Shown piece by piece: positions 12,549 to 26,409 of a stretch of 64,000 nt of DNA. The stretch covers positions 15,314,001 through 15,378,000 of the forward strand of contig JBHGNT010000001.1 in the NCBI GenBank assembly GCA_043228905.1. Direction: 5' to 3'. The notes under the pieces are model-generated. The model worked only from the letters and a program-made list of their open reading frames with translations, had not been told where the DNA came from and ran no database searches. Both the position numbers and the translations under genes were made by a program. Position 1 is the stretch's first letter, and every line of letters begins with the position of its first letter. Origin of the DNA: Azolla caroliniana. Taxonomy: Eukaryota; Plantae; Polypodiophyta.

Positions 12549-13397
12549 GATATATGTATATACACATCGGAACTTTGGAGTAGTATTTGATAGACAAGAA
12601 TCCATGTTTTCAAACCGAGCACCAAGGCAGCATGATATAGATTCAACCAAACTCTTAACAATAAATAGTCAAGGAATCCACTCTAGGAAGACTGAAAATA
12701 TGAGTTTATTTGAAGTTTGGTTTAACATTTCTGAACATTATACTTTTACGATTACATTGGTAACAATCCAACGAAAGGTGGATTATTCAAAGCAACTACT
12801 ATGGACAACGATGATGGTGTTATTGTAGGCTATATTCGAAGATAAGTTGCAAGTTGTTTATATGTTGGATGCCCATATCCAAAAAACATTCCCATTGTTC
12901 TTCGTAGATAGCTTGGAAAGTGGGTGGTTAAGACTCTTATGCCCACAAGTACAAGACTACAAGACCATATCAACATTCCTAGATACAAGTACATCAACGC
13001 CAAAACCGAAATCAAGAGAGATCCGTGACATACATATACCCACTCTCCCATTGACCTCAGCAATGGTTAACAACATACAAAAGTTTACTAAGCTTCGTCA
13101 TTTACATCATATTTCTGCACATCAATTACCATGATGCGTAACACTAAACAAGGTTGTATAGACATTGACATCCATTAATGTGTTTTCGGCTTTGATTTTT
13201 CTCTTTTCTTGGTAGGTGCACAATTGTGTGGAATTTTATATTGACCTATGTAGTTTTGCAAGATGTGACAAAGGGGCATGTTACTTCCCCAACTAATAAT
13301 GCATTTTAGGGGTATCTCACAAAAAATGTCTCAACCAAGGAACTTTGTTCTTTCAATCGTACTTGGATGGCGAAAACTTCGAAGTCTTGATGGTGCA

Positions 13398-16300
13398 TGT
13401 TAGCTTTTTGGCCCATTCTTTATCCCACATAGTTGAGGGAGCTGGTTTGGGAGTTATAAATACGCTCCTCTACCTCATAATTTTATATCCTCAATTTGTA
13501 TTCTTCTCTCCCGACCATAATAGAGTCTGCTGATTTGGAGGACGTAAGTTGATTGGCCGAACCTTGGTAATTCAGGTGTTATTTTATCTTTTCTTCGTAC
13601 TCTATATAATAGCTTTACATCTGGTTATATATTGCTATTTCCACACTTCCACAATAATTGGTATCAAAGCCAAGGTTCTGTTTGAGTATGCTCTATGGTT
13701 GCGACTTTGTCTAATCTTCTACATCAGAAAAGAATTACTTTGGTTATTCTGAAACCTTGGGTTGTTGATCGTTATAATATTGAATAATTTTTATTAAGTT
13801 TATAATGGCATCAAGAGATGGAAAAGGAAAGAATACTGTGTCAAAGATTCCATCGGGAACATCGGGCTCATTGTCATCATGGTCAAGGTTCCCGTTGTCC
13901 AATTCAAAACTGGCGGTAGAAATATTTGATGGTACTGCCCATTTCAGCATGTGGCAAGGAGAGGTTTTAAATTCTCTTTTTCAACAAGGTCTTGATATTG
14001 CCATTGCAGAACATAAACCAGAAGAGGTAGAAGAAAAAGATTGGAGCATCATTAATTGGTTGGCATGAGGAACAATTCGATCGTGCCTGTTCAGAGAGCA
14101 AAAGTATGCTTTCAAGAATGAGACTTCTACACACAAATTGTGGAAGGCATTGGAGGGAAATTTTCTAAAAATAAAGTGATTAGAATAAGCTCCTTATGAA
14201 GAAGAGTTTATTTCGATTTGACCACAAACCAAGTACTACTATGAATTATCACATCACCATGTTTAATCAATTAGTAGCAGACCTGTTGAATTTAGATGCT
14301 ATATTTGAGGATGAGGATCTAGCTTTGATGTTGTTATCATCTCTTCCCGATGAATTTGAACAATTGGAAACAACATTACTTCACGAGAAAGAGAATGTGT
14401 CATTAGATGTTGTTTGTTCTACTTTATATAGTCATGAATTGAGGAAGCAGGATAAGATGATAACCAAATCGACGACATCAGAAGACGGACTGGTAGGAAG
14501 AGGTCATCAACAAAGCCATACTAAGGGGAGAAGAGGAAGGTCCAAATCAAAAGGTTGAGGCATTGCCAAAGATGAGTGTGCTTTTTGTCATGAGAAAGGG
14601 CACTAGAAGAAAGACTGTCCGAAGATGAAGAGGAAAGGAAAGCGTCCTTAAGATGCAAATGTTGCAGACTCCAGTTATGCAGAATCAGATATTTTCTTAG
14701 TAGTTATGCCTTCAATGTCGGCACATCCAAATGAGTGGATTTTGGACTCAAGGTGTACCTATCATATGTGTCCTATTCGAGAATGGTTTTTTGAATTTCA
14801 GGAAGTCGATGGTGGGGTTGTTTACATGGGTAATGATCATCCATGTAAAACAACCGGGATAGGTTAGATCAAGCTGCGCAATCATGATGGAAACACAAGA
14901 ATTTTAAGAGATGTGTGGTACGTGTCAAAGTTGAAGAAGATTCTCATATCATTAGGGGCTCTTGAATCTAAGGGCCTAGTTGTGATGATGCGAGATGGAG
15001 TTCTTAAGGCAACTTCAGGAGTATTGGTGATGTTGAAAGGCATAAGGAAGAACAATCTGTATAGTTACCAAGGTAATGCAACGGTGGTGATGGTGGCAAC
15101 AACAACTTAAGTACCAAGAAAGACACTGAAGTAATGAAGTTGTGGCATATGTGGTTGGGACATGCTAGTGAAAGTCTTTGCAAATTCTTGCAAAGCAAGG
15201 CATGATGACTTGCAAACTTGATTTTTATGAGCATTGTAATCTAGGAAAGCAATGAAGAGTGCGATTTGGCACTGCAATTCATAATACCAAGTGTATTTTG
15301 GATTATATGCACTCAGATGTGTGGGAACCTACCAAGATTCTATCCATCAAAGGTAGGCATTATTTTGTAACTTTTGTTGATGATTTTTCCAGGAGAGTTT
15401 GGGTGTACACGATGAAGAACAAGTATGATGTGCTTGGAGTTTTCCTTAAATGAAAAGCTCAACTTGAAAACCAAACAGGGAGAAAGATCAAGGTTCTCCA
15501 AACAAAAGAAGGCTCTTTTCATGGGCTTCAATGCCGGAGTGAAGGCATATTGTTTGTGGTGTCTTGAGGCAAACAAAAGGATTATCAGTAGAGATGTTAC
15601 CTTTGATGAATTTGCCATGTTGAACAAGGTAAATCTGGAAGAACCGGATAATACTCCGATACAGGTGGAGGGTACTCCGAAGCAGGTGGAGTTTGAGCAG
15701 ACAGTGTTGACTCCATGGCAAAGCACCACCACTGACTCTCCTATGGTAGAAGAAGAGTCAAATGATGAAGAGATTCTGACCCAAGAACCTCTACAACAAT
15801 CAGAACCAATTACAATAAGAAGACAAAGACGAGTAATTCAGACGCCTGCTCATTTTGCTGACATGATAGCTTATGCACTTCCAGTTTGTGATGATAATTT
15901 CCATCCACCTACCTAGAGACCATTTGGAGCACAGAAAGTGGAAACTAGGCTAGTGCAATGGAAGAAGACATGCACTCTCTTCAAAAGAACAAGACATGGA
16001 AGTTGGCACAACTACCGAAAGGGAGAAAGGCAATTGGCTGCAAATGGGTATTTGCAAAGAAAGAAGGATTTCCAAGTAAAGAGGACATTCACTACAAGGC
16101 AAGGTTGGTCGCCAAAGGCTACGGTCAAAAGGAGGGAATCGATTCTAATGAGGTATTTTCTCCGGTTGTACAACATTCCTCCATTAGAATTTTGTTAGCC
16201 TTGGTAGCATAGATGAATTTCGAATTAGCTCAACTTGATGTGAAGACCGCGTTCTTACACAATGATTTGAAGGAGGAAATCTACATGACTCATCCAAAAG

Positions 16301-17874
16301 GATACAAGGTTGTTGGTAAAGAAGATTGGGTTTGTAAACTTAGTAAATCGTTGTACAGATTGAAACAATCTCCGAGACAGTGGTACAAACAATTTGATAA
16401 GTTCATGAAGGGTCAGAAGTACAAGAGAATCAAATATGATCATTGTTTGTATTTGCGAAATCTTCAAGATGGTTCATACATCTACTTACTTTTATATTTT
16501 GATGATATGTTGATTGCAGCTAAGTCAAGTTGAGATTGACAAATTCAAGGCTCAGATGAGTAAAGAGTTCGAGATGAAGGATTTGGAGGAAGCCAAGAAG
16601 ATTCTCGGCATGGAGATAAGTAGAGATAGAGAGAGGGTCAAACTTTCGTTATCACAATAGTAGTATTTGAAGAGGATACTACAACATTTTGGAATGTATG
16701 ATGATACAAAACCTGTAAGTGCTCAACTTGCTGCTCATTTGAAACTGAGTAGTTGATTATCTCCCACAACTGATGAAGAGCGAGAATACATGGCGAAAGT
16801 CTTGCATGCAAATGCAGTTGGAAGCTTGATGTACGCAATCGTGTGTACAAGACCTGATATTTCACATGTTGTTAGTATTGGTAGCAGGTATATGCATGAT
16901 CTGAGCAAGGGTCATTGGCAAGCTGTGAAATGGATTTTGCGGTATCTTCAAAATACCGTGGATGTGGGATTGACTTTTGAGCAAGATAAATCACTTGGTA
17001 AATGCATAGTTGGCTATTGTAATTCTGATTATGCAGGTGATTTGGATAAGCGACGATCTACAACTGGCTATTTGTTCACTTTGACAAAGGCGCCAATTAG
17101 TTGGAAGTCTACTTTGCAGTCAATGGTGGCTCTATGTACAACAAAGGCGGGGTATATGGCAATTACAAAGGCTGTCAAGGAGGCAATTTGGCTTCATGGG
17201 TTGCTTAAAGACTTGGCAGTTGGTTAGAAACAACTTGATGTGTATTCTGACAGTCAAAGTGTTATTCATTTAGCAATGAACCAAGACTTTCACTCACGAA
17301 CGAAGCACAATGATGTTCGCTATCATTTTGTGCGGGAAATTCTTGAAGAGGAAGAGATACTTCTCCAGAAGATTGATACTAAGGAGAATCCTACAGATAT
17401 GTTGAACGAAGTGGTTACAAGGGCCAAGTTTGAACATTGTTTAGACTTGGTTAATATCCAACACATTTAAAGTTGGCACCCCATGGCACATATTTGAAAG
17501 CAGACTATTTTATTTTTGTTTTCTTGAGAAGATTTGTATTTGGAAGGATTAAAGATTGTCCCAAGGTGGAGATTTGTTAGTTTTTGGCCCATTCTTTATC
17601 CCACATAGTTGAGGGAGGTGGTTTGGGAGTTATAAATACGCTCATCTACCTCTTAACTTTATTTTCCTCAATTTGTATTCTTCTCTCCCAACCGTAATAG
17701 GATGTAGGTTGATTGGCCAAACCTCGGTAATTCTGGTGTTATGCCTGTTGCTTTGGAGGACGTTGGTTGATTGGCTGAACCTCGGTAATTCTGGTGTTAT
17801 TTTATCTTTTCTTCTGACTCTATATAATAGCTTTACTTCTGGTTATATATTGTTTTTTCCACGCTTCCACAATA
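13398..17874 (+). mobile_element. Full-length but decayed Ty1/copia LTR retrotransposon, TSD GTGCA
   Basis: 5' LTR 13398-13656 and 3' LTR 17575-17874; PBS tggtatcaaagcc at 13659; PPT aaggtggaga before 17575; gtgca on both sides. Gag from 13805, CCHC knuckle ~14577, protease WILDS, partial integrase, RT (LDVKTAFL, YFDD), RNase H (SDYAGD, YSDSQS). Many stops. Confidence 0.95.
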
Positions 17875-18886
17875 GTGCATGCAAGCTCGTACTAAACGTA
17901 GCATGGTGCAAGGTGGTGTGTTAGCCAGATAAAGGATGTTGTTTTCACTCTATGTATGTATTGTGGATATGTGACAATGTTGAAGTTGTGGAGACTTAGT
18001 ATTTAGGATAGCTTACATGATCCCCCATGATTACCCACTCCACCACACGCACTATACTACCTATCAAAACAGGCCCTGTAAACAACATCATGTATGTATC
18101 CTCCATCTAAGAGGGGTTATCGTGAAGCACCATCTAGGTAGGATGCTAACACACACCCATGAAGCACCCCCACTAGAGATGGTGCTTCCACGCAAAGCTG
18201 GGCTTCAAGAAAGTTTGACCTGCAAGATCGAACCCTCATCACACTACACACACCGACTCAAGAACCAAGTAATTTGTTCAATGTCTATTTAATATGATGA
18301 TTATGTCACACACCCCACCCCACCATGTTCAGGTATCACCCACGTTATTGGTGTGTGCAAGAGAATGTGTGTTCCTTTATCCCACCAAACCATCTTCCGC
18401 ACTCACTAACCATGTGGGATGCTACTTTTATTTTTAGCCTTGGTGAGGCCTCCACCTCATGGAGTGGCTTGTGGGTGTGTAAGTTTATATCCTCTCAAAT
18501 TCAAAGTGACTTCCCATAGGTCTTGCTTGTGGGATAGTTAGGGCTAGCTAGATGAACATGTGGTGAGAATGTAAACTTCTACACAAGCGCACGCCATGTG
18601 GTTGTTTAATCGGCCGCATAAATGAGCAAATCATACTATTATGCATTGTCTCTCTTGTTTGTTAATGTAATGAGTTCTTAGAAACTTTTAAATCAACCGA
18701 AAGAGTACCTAGCACCAAATATATGTATATCAAGATACACCTAGGGTTATTGTTGGTTGATGGTCTCCCTATGATGTTATATATCATGCTAGCAAATCTT
18801 GACATAGCAAGTACAACAAAGAAATTTTAAAGGGTTACAAGAAAACTTTTGCTTTTTATTAAAATTTAAAGCTAGGGATAAATTGC

Positions 18887-19151
18887 GTTTGAGTTTTTAT
18901 TCTTAGCATTCTATGCACGTAAATTTAGTTTGACTTTTTATTTTTAGCATTCTATGCACCTAAGTTAGGTTTGAGTTTCTATTCCTAGCATTCAATGTAT
19001 ATAAAATTAGTTTAGTTTTTATTCGTGCATATTAGTTTGAGTTTTCATTTTTAGCATTCTATGCACCTAAGTTAGATTTGAGTTTCTATTCCTAGCATTC
19101 TATGCACATAAAATTAGTTTGAGTTTTTATTCCTAGCATTCTATGCACCTG
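18887..19151. repeat. ~40-bp tandem repeat, about 6.5 copies
   Basis: Unit gtttgagtttttattcctagcattctatgcac plus a short linker; linkers alternate ctaagttag / (a/g)taaa(a/t)ttag. Confidence 0.9.
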
Positions 19152-20643
19152 AAATCCATAATACTATTGAAATCTAAATTAAGTTCTCAATATAGTTTGA
19201 AAAGTTGAAATAAAAGTATTAAAATGTAGTGGGATGTGACTATGACGAAACTATGATTACAAGCCCATAATAAAGGTATCAAAATTTAGTGCGATGTGAC
19301 TATCAAGAGATATATGTGTTGCTTTAATTATAAGCTTCAATATCAACGAGTATATTCTTCTCTAGAGCTCGAGAAATTGACAAAACTCATCCCTAGGTTA
19401 CTTTAGTATAAAAAGTGATGCTTTTGTTTTTAAACTTTAGGCAAAAGTGAACTCAATGTTAGGTTGAAGAAAATGAGTTTGAGTTTTTCAAGCCATTTCT
19501 TAGAAATAAACCTTGTTATTTAGCCATTTAGAGTTAGTTACTTTGATTTTTCATTTGGAATTACTTTGATATTCCATGCTAATCATCTCATCTACACAAC
19601 TGAATTCTTGTTTATCAACACACTACCATGCATTTTGTTCATGCCACCAAGATGTCGAGGGCCCACTCAGAAATTATAGACCTGAGAGCACTATCTAGGC
19701 TTGCGTTGAAATTTCATAAAACATCTAGTAGGTTTAGCTCCAAAGGATATTGGATTCAAATCTAAATAAAGAGAGGGTATGACTTAGGTAACTAACTATG
19801 TTTGAAGCTTTGTTGAGAGAGATCTTGTAGAGTCAAGAATAGAAGGAGAAAGATAGTATGATATTGGTGGAAGTCTTAAGACTAAACACTATGGATTTTG
19901 GTTGTCATAGTATAAGGGAAATGGGGAATCCACATTTGCATAGCCTAATTGGGCATGGTGTATTCACATTTGGGTACCCTAGTAGGGAAACCATTACATC
20001 ATTCGTAAGCCTAAAGCATAACACACACGATCTAGTTCTCATACATTGTCTTAGTATTTAGCTTTCAAAAATTTGAAGGCATTCTTGTGAACAATATCAA
20101 TGACTAGTTCTTTGGATATATTAAAGCTAATTGGACGAAAAAATTCCTGAGACATTCAACTACCCAAGATTTAGTTGATGTGCTTGCATGCTTATGGTAA
20201 TTGGATTTAGCAAATGATTTATCAATCTAGACTCAAAAGTCTTGAGGTGTTCTGGACATTGGAACTTCAACCAACCTCATAAATATTTTGGCTCCACCTT
20301 ACAACACGCCCCCTTGATGCCATGTTTGGCTCTTGCATTGAGGTTGTACCATGCATGGCTTTAGAGGTTGAATTACAACCCTTACCTTGGCAATGGGATA
20401 GGCCCTCTGAACTAAGCTCAAACATAAACACGCATTTGTTGATGGTTTAACATTGCTTGCATGGACAATGTCAAACACGTAGCTTTAAGAAATGAGCCCC
20501 GAAGCAATATTATTAGACAATTCGGTGAATGACAACAAACACTTGACATTGTATTCAAACTATTCGCTAGTCTCTTATTTTTAATAATGAGAAAAAGAAG
20601 ACATGGATCATTAGTTGGGATGTGTACATAGACTTATTAACAT

Positions 20644-20644
<1 letters not shown>

Positions 20645-20726
<82 letters not shown>

Positions 20727-20742
20727 TGAGAGAGAGAGAGAG
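20645..20742. repeat. Compound microsatellite (TA)n(GA)n(GT)n(GA)n
   Basis: Directly visible, about 850 bp upstream of DIR2. A further (AG)n lies at 21459-21483. Confidence 0.95.
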
Positions 20743-21588
20743 ACTTTTCCATAAGGAAAGTGAAATTTCTCTACTTTCTTATATTCAATAATGGAAACGC
20801 GAAGATTTCATGGAGAGTCTTTATGTGTAAATAGACGTATTTGTATGTATGTATACATATACATAGACTTTTGTTTATTCTATATGCCCATGCAAGACTT
20901 TTTACACTTGCAAGACTTTTTACATTTGCCGACTCTATTTAAAGATCTACCATCGTTTTCAAATGCGTGCAACTTTGTAATTACTTTTTCAGCAATAGTT
21001 GGAAGGTATTTCTCTTTCAAACTAACATGATACACATTCACACACAATAATATGCGGGTGAGACACATTCACAGTGGATCTCATAACGACATGCACATAT
21101 ATTTAACAAATAAACCCAGGACCAAAAGCTACCATACAACAAGATATGATATGAATGATTGAACACCCACACGGTCCACCCCTCCAAAAAAAAACACCAA
21201 AGACCCAAAAGTTTCCATATATTACAAAATGGTATAATTTCTCCATTCAAATTGTTGCCCCAATTCAAAGTAGATGTGAACATATTTTAGGCTATTAGGA
21301 GAGAGTCAAAATGGAATTAGTCGAAAACGAGTACGTCAATACTAAATTTCAGAGAATGTCTTTGTCTCCACCTCTTTTCTCTTGCATATATATATATATG
21401 AACGCATCTTATGTTTCCTAACATAGGATAACTAATTCTGAATACATTCAATTCCTCATAGAGAGAGAGAGAGAGAGAGAGAGCTCCTTAACTTAACTCA
21501 GTAATCCTCGTTCAGCTCATAATCTGATCTCTTAATCTATCAAATAAATACATAACCTTGCTCCGAGAAGATTATTCATAATAATAGT

Positions 21589-22143
21589 ATGGCTCGTCTC
21601 ACATATAACATCATTGCCATGCTTTGCATGGTGTTGGCCATATGGACATCGTCCGTGTCGGCTCGGCGGAAGCCCCCCCAGGGACCTGAGACCTTCACGT
21701 TCTACATCCACAACCAAGTCTACAACCCGGCCGTCAACAACTCCGTCTTCGATTCCGTGTACAGCGCCGGACCTTTCAATTTCAGCCAGCCCAACCCATA
21801 TAGCTTCGGCGTGCGATCGACGTTCGAGAACCCCATAACCGCAGAGGCTTCGCCAGATTCAGAGCCCATCGGAGTGGCTCAGGGCGTCTGGATTTTGGAC
21901 TCCCAGAAGGGATACGTCCTGTTCCACGTCTTCACCGCCACCATCACGTCGGGGCCGTACACGGGCACCATCGCCATCGTGGGGCAGGTGGTGGAGGCCG
22001 CCGATACCCGCAGCTTAGCGGTGGTGGGCGGCACCGGCCACTTCCTGGCCGCACGCGGAGCCGCAGTAAACAAGCTGGTGACCATCGACCGCACTCCCCC
22101 TGCCCACTGGACCCTCTCCTTTGACCTGGATCTCTACTATTAA
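21589..22143 (+). CDS. DIR: Dirigent-like protein 2 (secreted, intronless, 184 aa)
   Basis: Signal peptide; FYIHN, FGVRSTFENPIT, IGVAQG, RSLAVVGGTGHFLAARG, LSFDLDLYY; close paralogue of 3083-3667. Confidence 0.92.
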   Translation: MARLTYNIIAMLCMVLAIWTSSVSARRKPPQGPETFTFYIHNQVYNPAVNNSVFDSVYSAGPFNFSQPNPYSFGVRSTFENPITAEASPDSEPIGVAQGVWILDSQKGYVLFHVFTATITSGPYTGTIAIVGQVVEAADTRSLAVVGGTGHFLAARGAAVNKLVTIDRTPPAHWTLSFDLDLYY

Positions 22144-22919
22144 TGAACTACATACATTATTTACATATGTATGTATATGTGCCTTATTTATTATTTACTT
22201 TCTACTATCATGTGGTTGAGCAGGTCCACATTAATTACATATTATATGTCTGTTACTATGTTTGGTTGGCCGTACCAAGTTTGTAGATCGTGCACTTAGG
22301 AATAAATGTGTAAATTTGTTGCTAATGCGTTTTTATGGTCTGTGTGTTTCCGTTTTAACGGATTTTCTTAGTTTCTCAAAAGTGTTCAAAGATATCACAA
22401 ATGCCCAATGAATTGTCTCCCTACTCAAATACGAAATAGCTCTAGTCCCTCTCATCATATTCACTACATCGGCTACACACTCTCTTTCTTTAACACCGGC
22501 GAAGAACGTTTTTCGGAAATATTGACTACCCCTCCCACAATTTTAATGCACAGATACAGTTGAACCGTTAGCTATAATTATACTCCAATGATGTCCTTGG
22601 TCAATGGTTAGCAATGCCATGGAAGAATATAGTAAACCCCATGGGTTTTACTTGTGTCACCAAAATATTTGTAAAGAGACGCTAATGTTGAATGGTTCAC
22701 TTTATGTGTCACCAAAATTATTAATTGTAGTTGTAGGTTGTGGCATCTTCATTCTTATTAAGATTGAAATCATATTGATATAAGCCAACCCAAAAATAGT
22801 AAAAGAGAATGCTTGGCTCATTGAGAGGTTATCACTCTAGTTATAAACTTGATTAATTGAAATTATATGTTCAATATATGCTAATGATGAGGAGATTTAG
22901 GGGCACTACTACACAAGGG

Positions 22920-24240
22920 GTATGTGTATGCATGCATGTATGTATGTGTATGTATGTAGGTTACTATCAGACACATACAATCATTCAAACATGCATACAC
23001 ATACATTCAAAATATTACATGCATACACAAATACATACAATCATACACATGCACTCGTTCAACTGTTCATGCACATAGACAAATACATACATGCACACAT
23101 ATGTATAGTCACAATGCTCATACACTCAATCGTATACATACACATAGACAAATACATACATGCACACATATGCATAGTCACAATGCTCATACACTCAATC
23201 GTATACATATGCTCATACACTCAATCATACGCATACACAATAACTGAGACCTACATTCACATACCATCATAAAAACATATGTGCGTCAATCATATTGGCA
23301 TACATGTATATAAAAATATTAATATGGTGATGATACACATTATTGTACATACACAATCATAGAATCATAAATACACACATACATATGTCAAACATACATG
23401 CCTACATACATGCATATGGTCACACACATACAATCATTCAAATATACACATACATAAAATTATAGATAATATACATTTGTTCAAACATACATACCCATAA
23501 ATCCCTACAAACTCTTATTCTTTTTTCCAAACAACATATTCTTCCATTAGTTTTAAAAAGGCATATCAGATACAAAATACAAAATAGAGAAGCGACAATT
23601 TTGCTCAACCCGTCTTGTGTAATACAATGGCTAGCCATGGATCCTTCATTTGATAGAAATGATTGAGCACTTCCTTAATTTTCCCCATTCTCAACATCTT
23701 GAGTATCGCCACAAACTTTCAAGCCAGAACCAAGATATTATGTGTTTGCATCTCCTTTCATGAGGTTTAGTGCTTCCTCGCCATGCTCATGTTCTACATA
23801 ACCAATTATTAGTGCAGTCCATATGATCACATCTTAGCATCCAATGGCACACCTTCAACTCACATTTTCTCATAGCACATGAGTGTCTCCATACAAACTC
23901 TTATTATTCACAAGGAGCTCTGTTTAACGTGCATTAATCAATTATAGACTAGCATACTTCATTTCTTCATGCCGACATCAACATCAACACTAACACCAAT
24001 AACATACACATATTATTGTACATCTATACATGCATAAGCATATGCAAACAATCAATATACAGTCAATTGTACATGCACATGTGTATATAGCATAGGAAAG
24101 TATATGCAATATAAACACACAACGTATATGCATACATTTATACAAACACACATCAGACATGCATACATACAAACCTATACACAAACCTATCTATACAAAC
24201 ATACATACAAATAAAACATACAATCATGCAACAAACGCAA
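22920..24240. repeat. CA/TA-rich low-complexity region in two blocks (22920-23500, 23990-24240), with a ~69-bp tandem duplication at about 23073-23210
   Basis: Degenerate (CATA/CA)n; the block catagacaaatacatacatgcacacatatg.atagtcacaatgctcatacactcaatcgtatacata occurs twice. Confidence 0.85.
23680..23840 (-). pseudogene. PLS-class PPR gene fragment (about one motif)
   Basis: The minus strand reads DVIIWTALIIGYVEHEHGEEALNLM, then after frameshifts EMQTHNI and GLKVCGDTQDVENG. This matches the PPR consensus DVVSWTALI.GY..HG.GEEAL..F..MQ...LKACG. Confidence 0.7.
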
Positions 24241-24848
24241 CACTTTCTAATGATTTATCACAACAATTCCAACACTCTTCAACATGAGAAAATCTTATGA
24301 GGTTATTCATGTTTCACACCAAGGAGTGTAAGAGAGGATGGATTCTTCTAAACTCTATTATTTGAGGAACTCTATAATTCTGATGTTAGTCAATTACAGA
24401 TTAGCATACTTCTTTTTTAGTGGCTACATCAACACCAACAATTGTTCCAACCGTCGATACCATAAGATATCTATGATTGTTTGGGTATGTTATATTGCTT
24501 GCCTATGAACATATATCCATAAATCCTAGGTAAATGCCTTAATTATCATATCTTTGCTTAGTAGGGATTTTAATATTACATGTTAACATTATTTACATCC
24601 ATAAAAAAGTGCTTAAGTTAAAACTATGGGATTGACTAAATAAGTCAAAGGTAGTGGAAGGTTGGTGCATTAATATAATTTAGTTATATTATAAGTTAAC
24701 AATTTCTATAATATCAAGTATTTGCTTACTTCGTATTAGGCACACCAATACTATACATGTATAAGCATTTTTTCTTACTCTCTTCATTGTAATATTGCAT
24801 GTATAGGTTTTCCTAATCCTCACATTTTGAACAGAATCTAACATATAA

Positions 24849-25154
24849 CAACATGTTAAATTCGTAGTGCAATGATTTATACGAGAATAAACCAATTTGT
24901 TTCAAATAACTTATCGTAATCATGTGCATATATTCAAGATTTACAAAAGGTTACACACGGCTTTGAGCTTATTCTCATAATTACCACCTTCAATATCACC
25001 CTCAATATCACAATTACCACCCTCGATATAGCAACATGTTAAATTAGTAGTGCAATCATTTATACGAGAATAAACCAATTTGTTTCAAATAACTTATCGT
25101 AATCATGTGCATATATTCAAGATTTACAAAAGGTTACACACGGCTTTGAGCTTA
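24849..25154. repeat. Near-identical ~123-bp direct repeat (24849-24971 and 25032-25154; offset 183)
   Basis: caacatgttaaatt...ggctttgagctta occurs twice with two mismatches. Confidence 0.9.
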
Positions 25155-26409
25155 ATCTAAATCTCAATCATTGTCACAGGTTGTTTGATAACATACTTGA
25201 AATCCCAAAATGCTCTCTCAATCTAATTGCCACTCTCACTCTTTGTTAATTTATTTTGTCTTCCTCAACCACAAACTAGTACTTCACCTAACAAGGTGTG
25301 CGGCAAAGTTTTTAACCCCTACTAGAAATATTCCTACTTCTCATTATCCTAACCAGAATTTTAAAATTTTAACCGGCCAGTTTCCTATCAATGTTAATGT
25401 CAAGAGGAACTTCTTCAAAAAATATTTTAAAAAAATTCATCACATACCCAAATGTATAACATGACCATTCCTAAGAAAATTTTACAAAACCCTTACCTCC
25501 CTCCTTTGTTGTCATATGGTCTCTCTCTCTAATTACTTCTTAGTATAGTTGTTAATAGCATTCAAACCAGGATGCACATTTCAGAGCATGCAGAGAAATG
25601 GAGAGGCAATCTCTCTTGAAGGGTCACTTAGCAATAGTATCATACGAAAAAAAACAAAGAAGAAGCACTAATCGCCAAAGTGGCATTGATATTGTGTTTC
25701 TGCCTCTCTCTCTCTTTCTCTTTTCTCTCTACCCAAACAAATCTAGATGGAGTAATAAGGAAGTGCTTGTAGAGATAAGACGGATAGCAAAAACTTGACT
25801 AATACGAAAATGTTGTCAAACCTAACTAAGATGATAACACCCCCCCCCCCCCAGACTAACTAGAAAGACCCAGACATAGCGAAGCATATATGTGCCTTGT
25901 GATCCACATTGTCAAAAAACACCATAAATAGTCGGTCCAAAAGATATTGAACCTACTAAACTAGATTCCGGTTTTTAGGAAATTATGGTCGCGAACACTT
26001 CCGGCTGTTCCAGACATTGGCCCACTGGTGTGCCCTTGGTAGCAATGTCATATACATTATTGCGTTGAGGTAATTGCACATGAAGAGGTGAATATTTATG
26101 AGAACATTTCAAAGTTTCTAAAGTAATTATGAAGGTAGCACACACATGGGTATTTCAAGAAGTATCCAGACAATCTGTGAGATGCATTCATTCAAACAAA
26201 ACCATGCGTCTAGTTTCTATTTCAACAAAAAGGTCTCAAAGATTTGCCTCCCTGTCTTCTCGCTTGCTATGTACACACACACAAACAAAAATAGAAGAAT
26301 ACTTAATCCTTTTGTAGCTGATTCTTCTTCTTCTCCGAGCAACATATATCGTTTGTCTAGTGTCAAACACAAACATACCAGTAGGTAGATATAGTGTCAA
26401 AGATAGATC

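Noticed and set aside
22857-23272. His/Thr/Ile-rich ORFs
   Set aside because: Translation of degenerate (CA/TA)n sequence.
23438-23638. KRIRVCRD as a DYW-domain remnant next to the PPR scrap
   Set aside because: Only a short resemblance to KNLRVCxDCH; no HSE motif, second Cys or DYW end.
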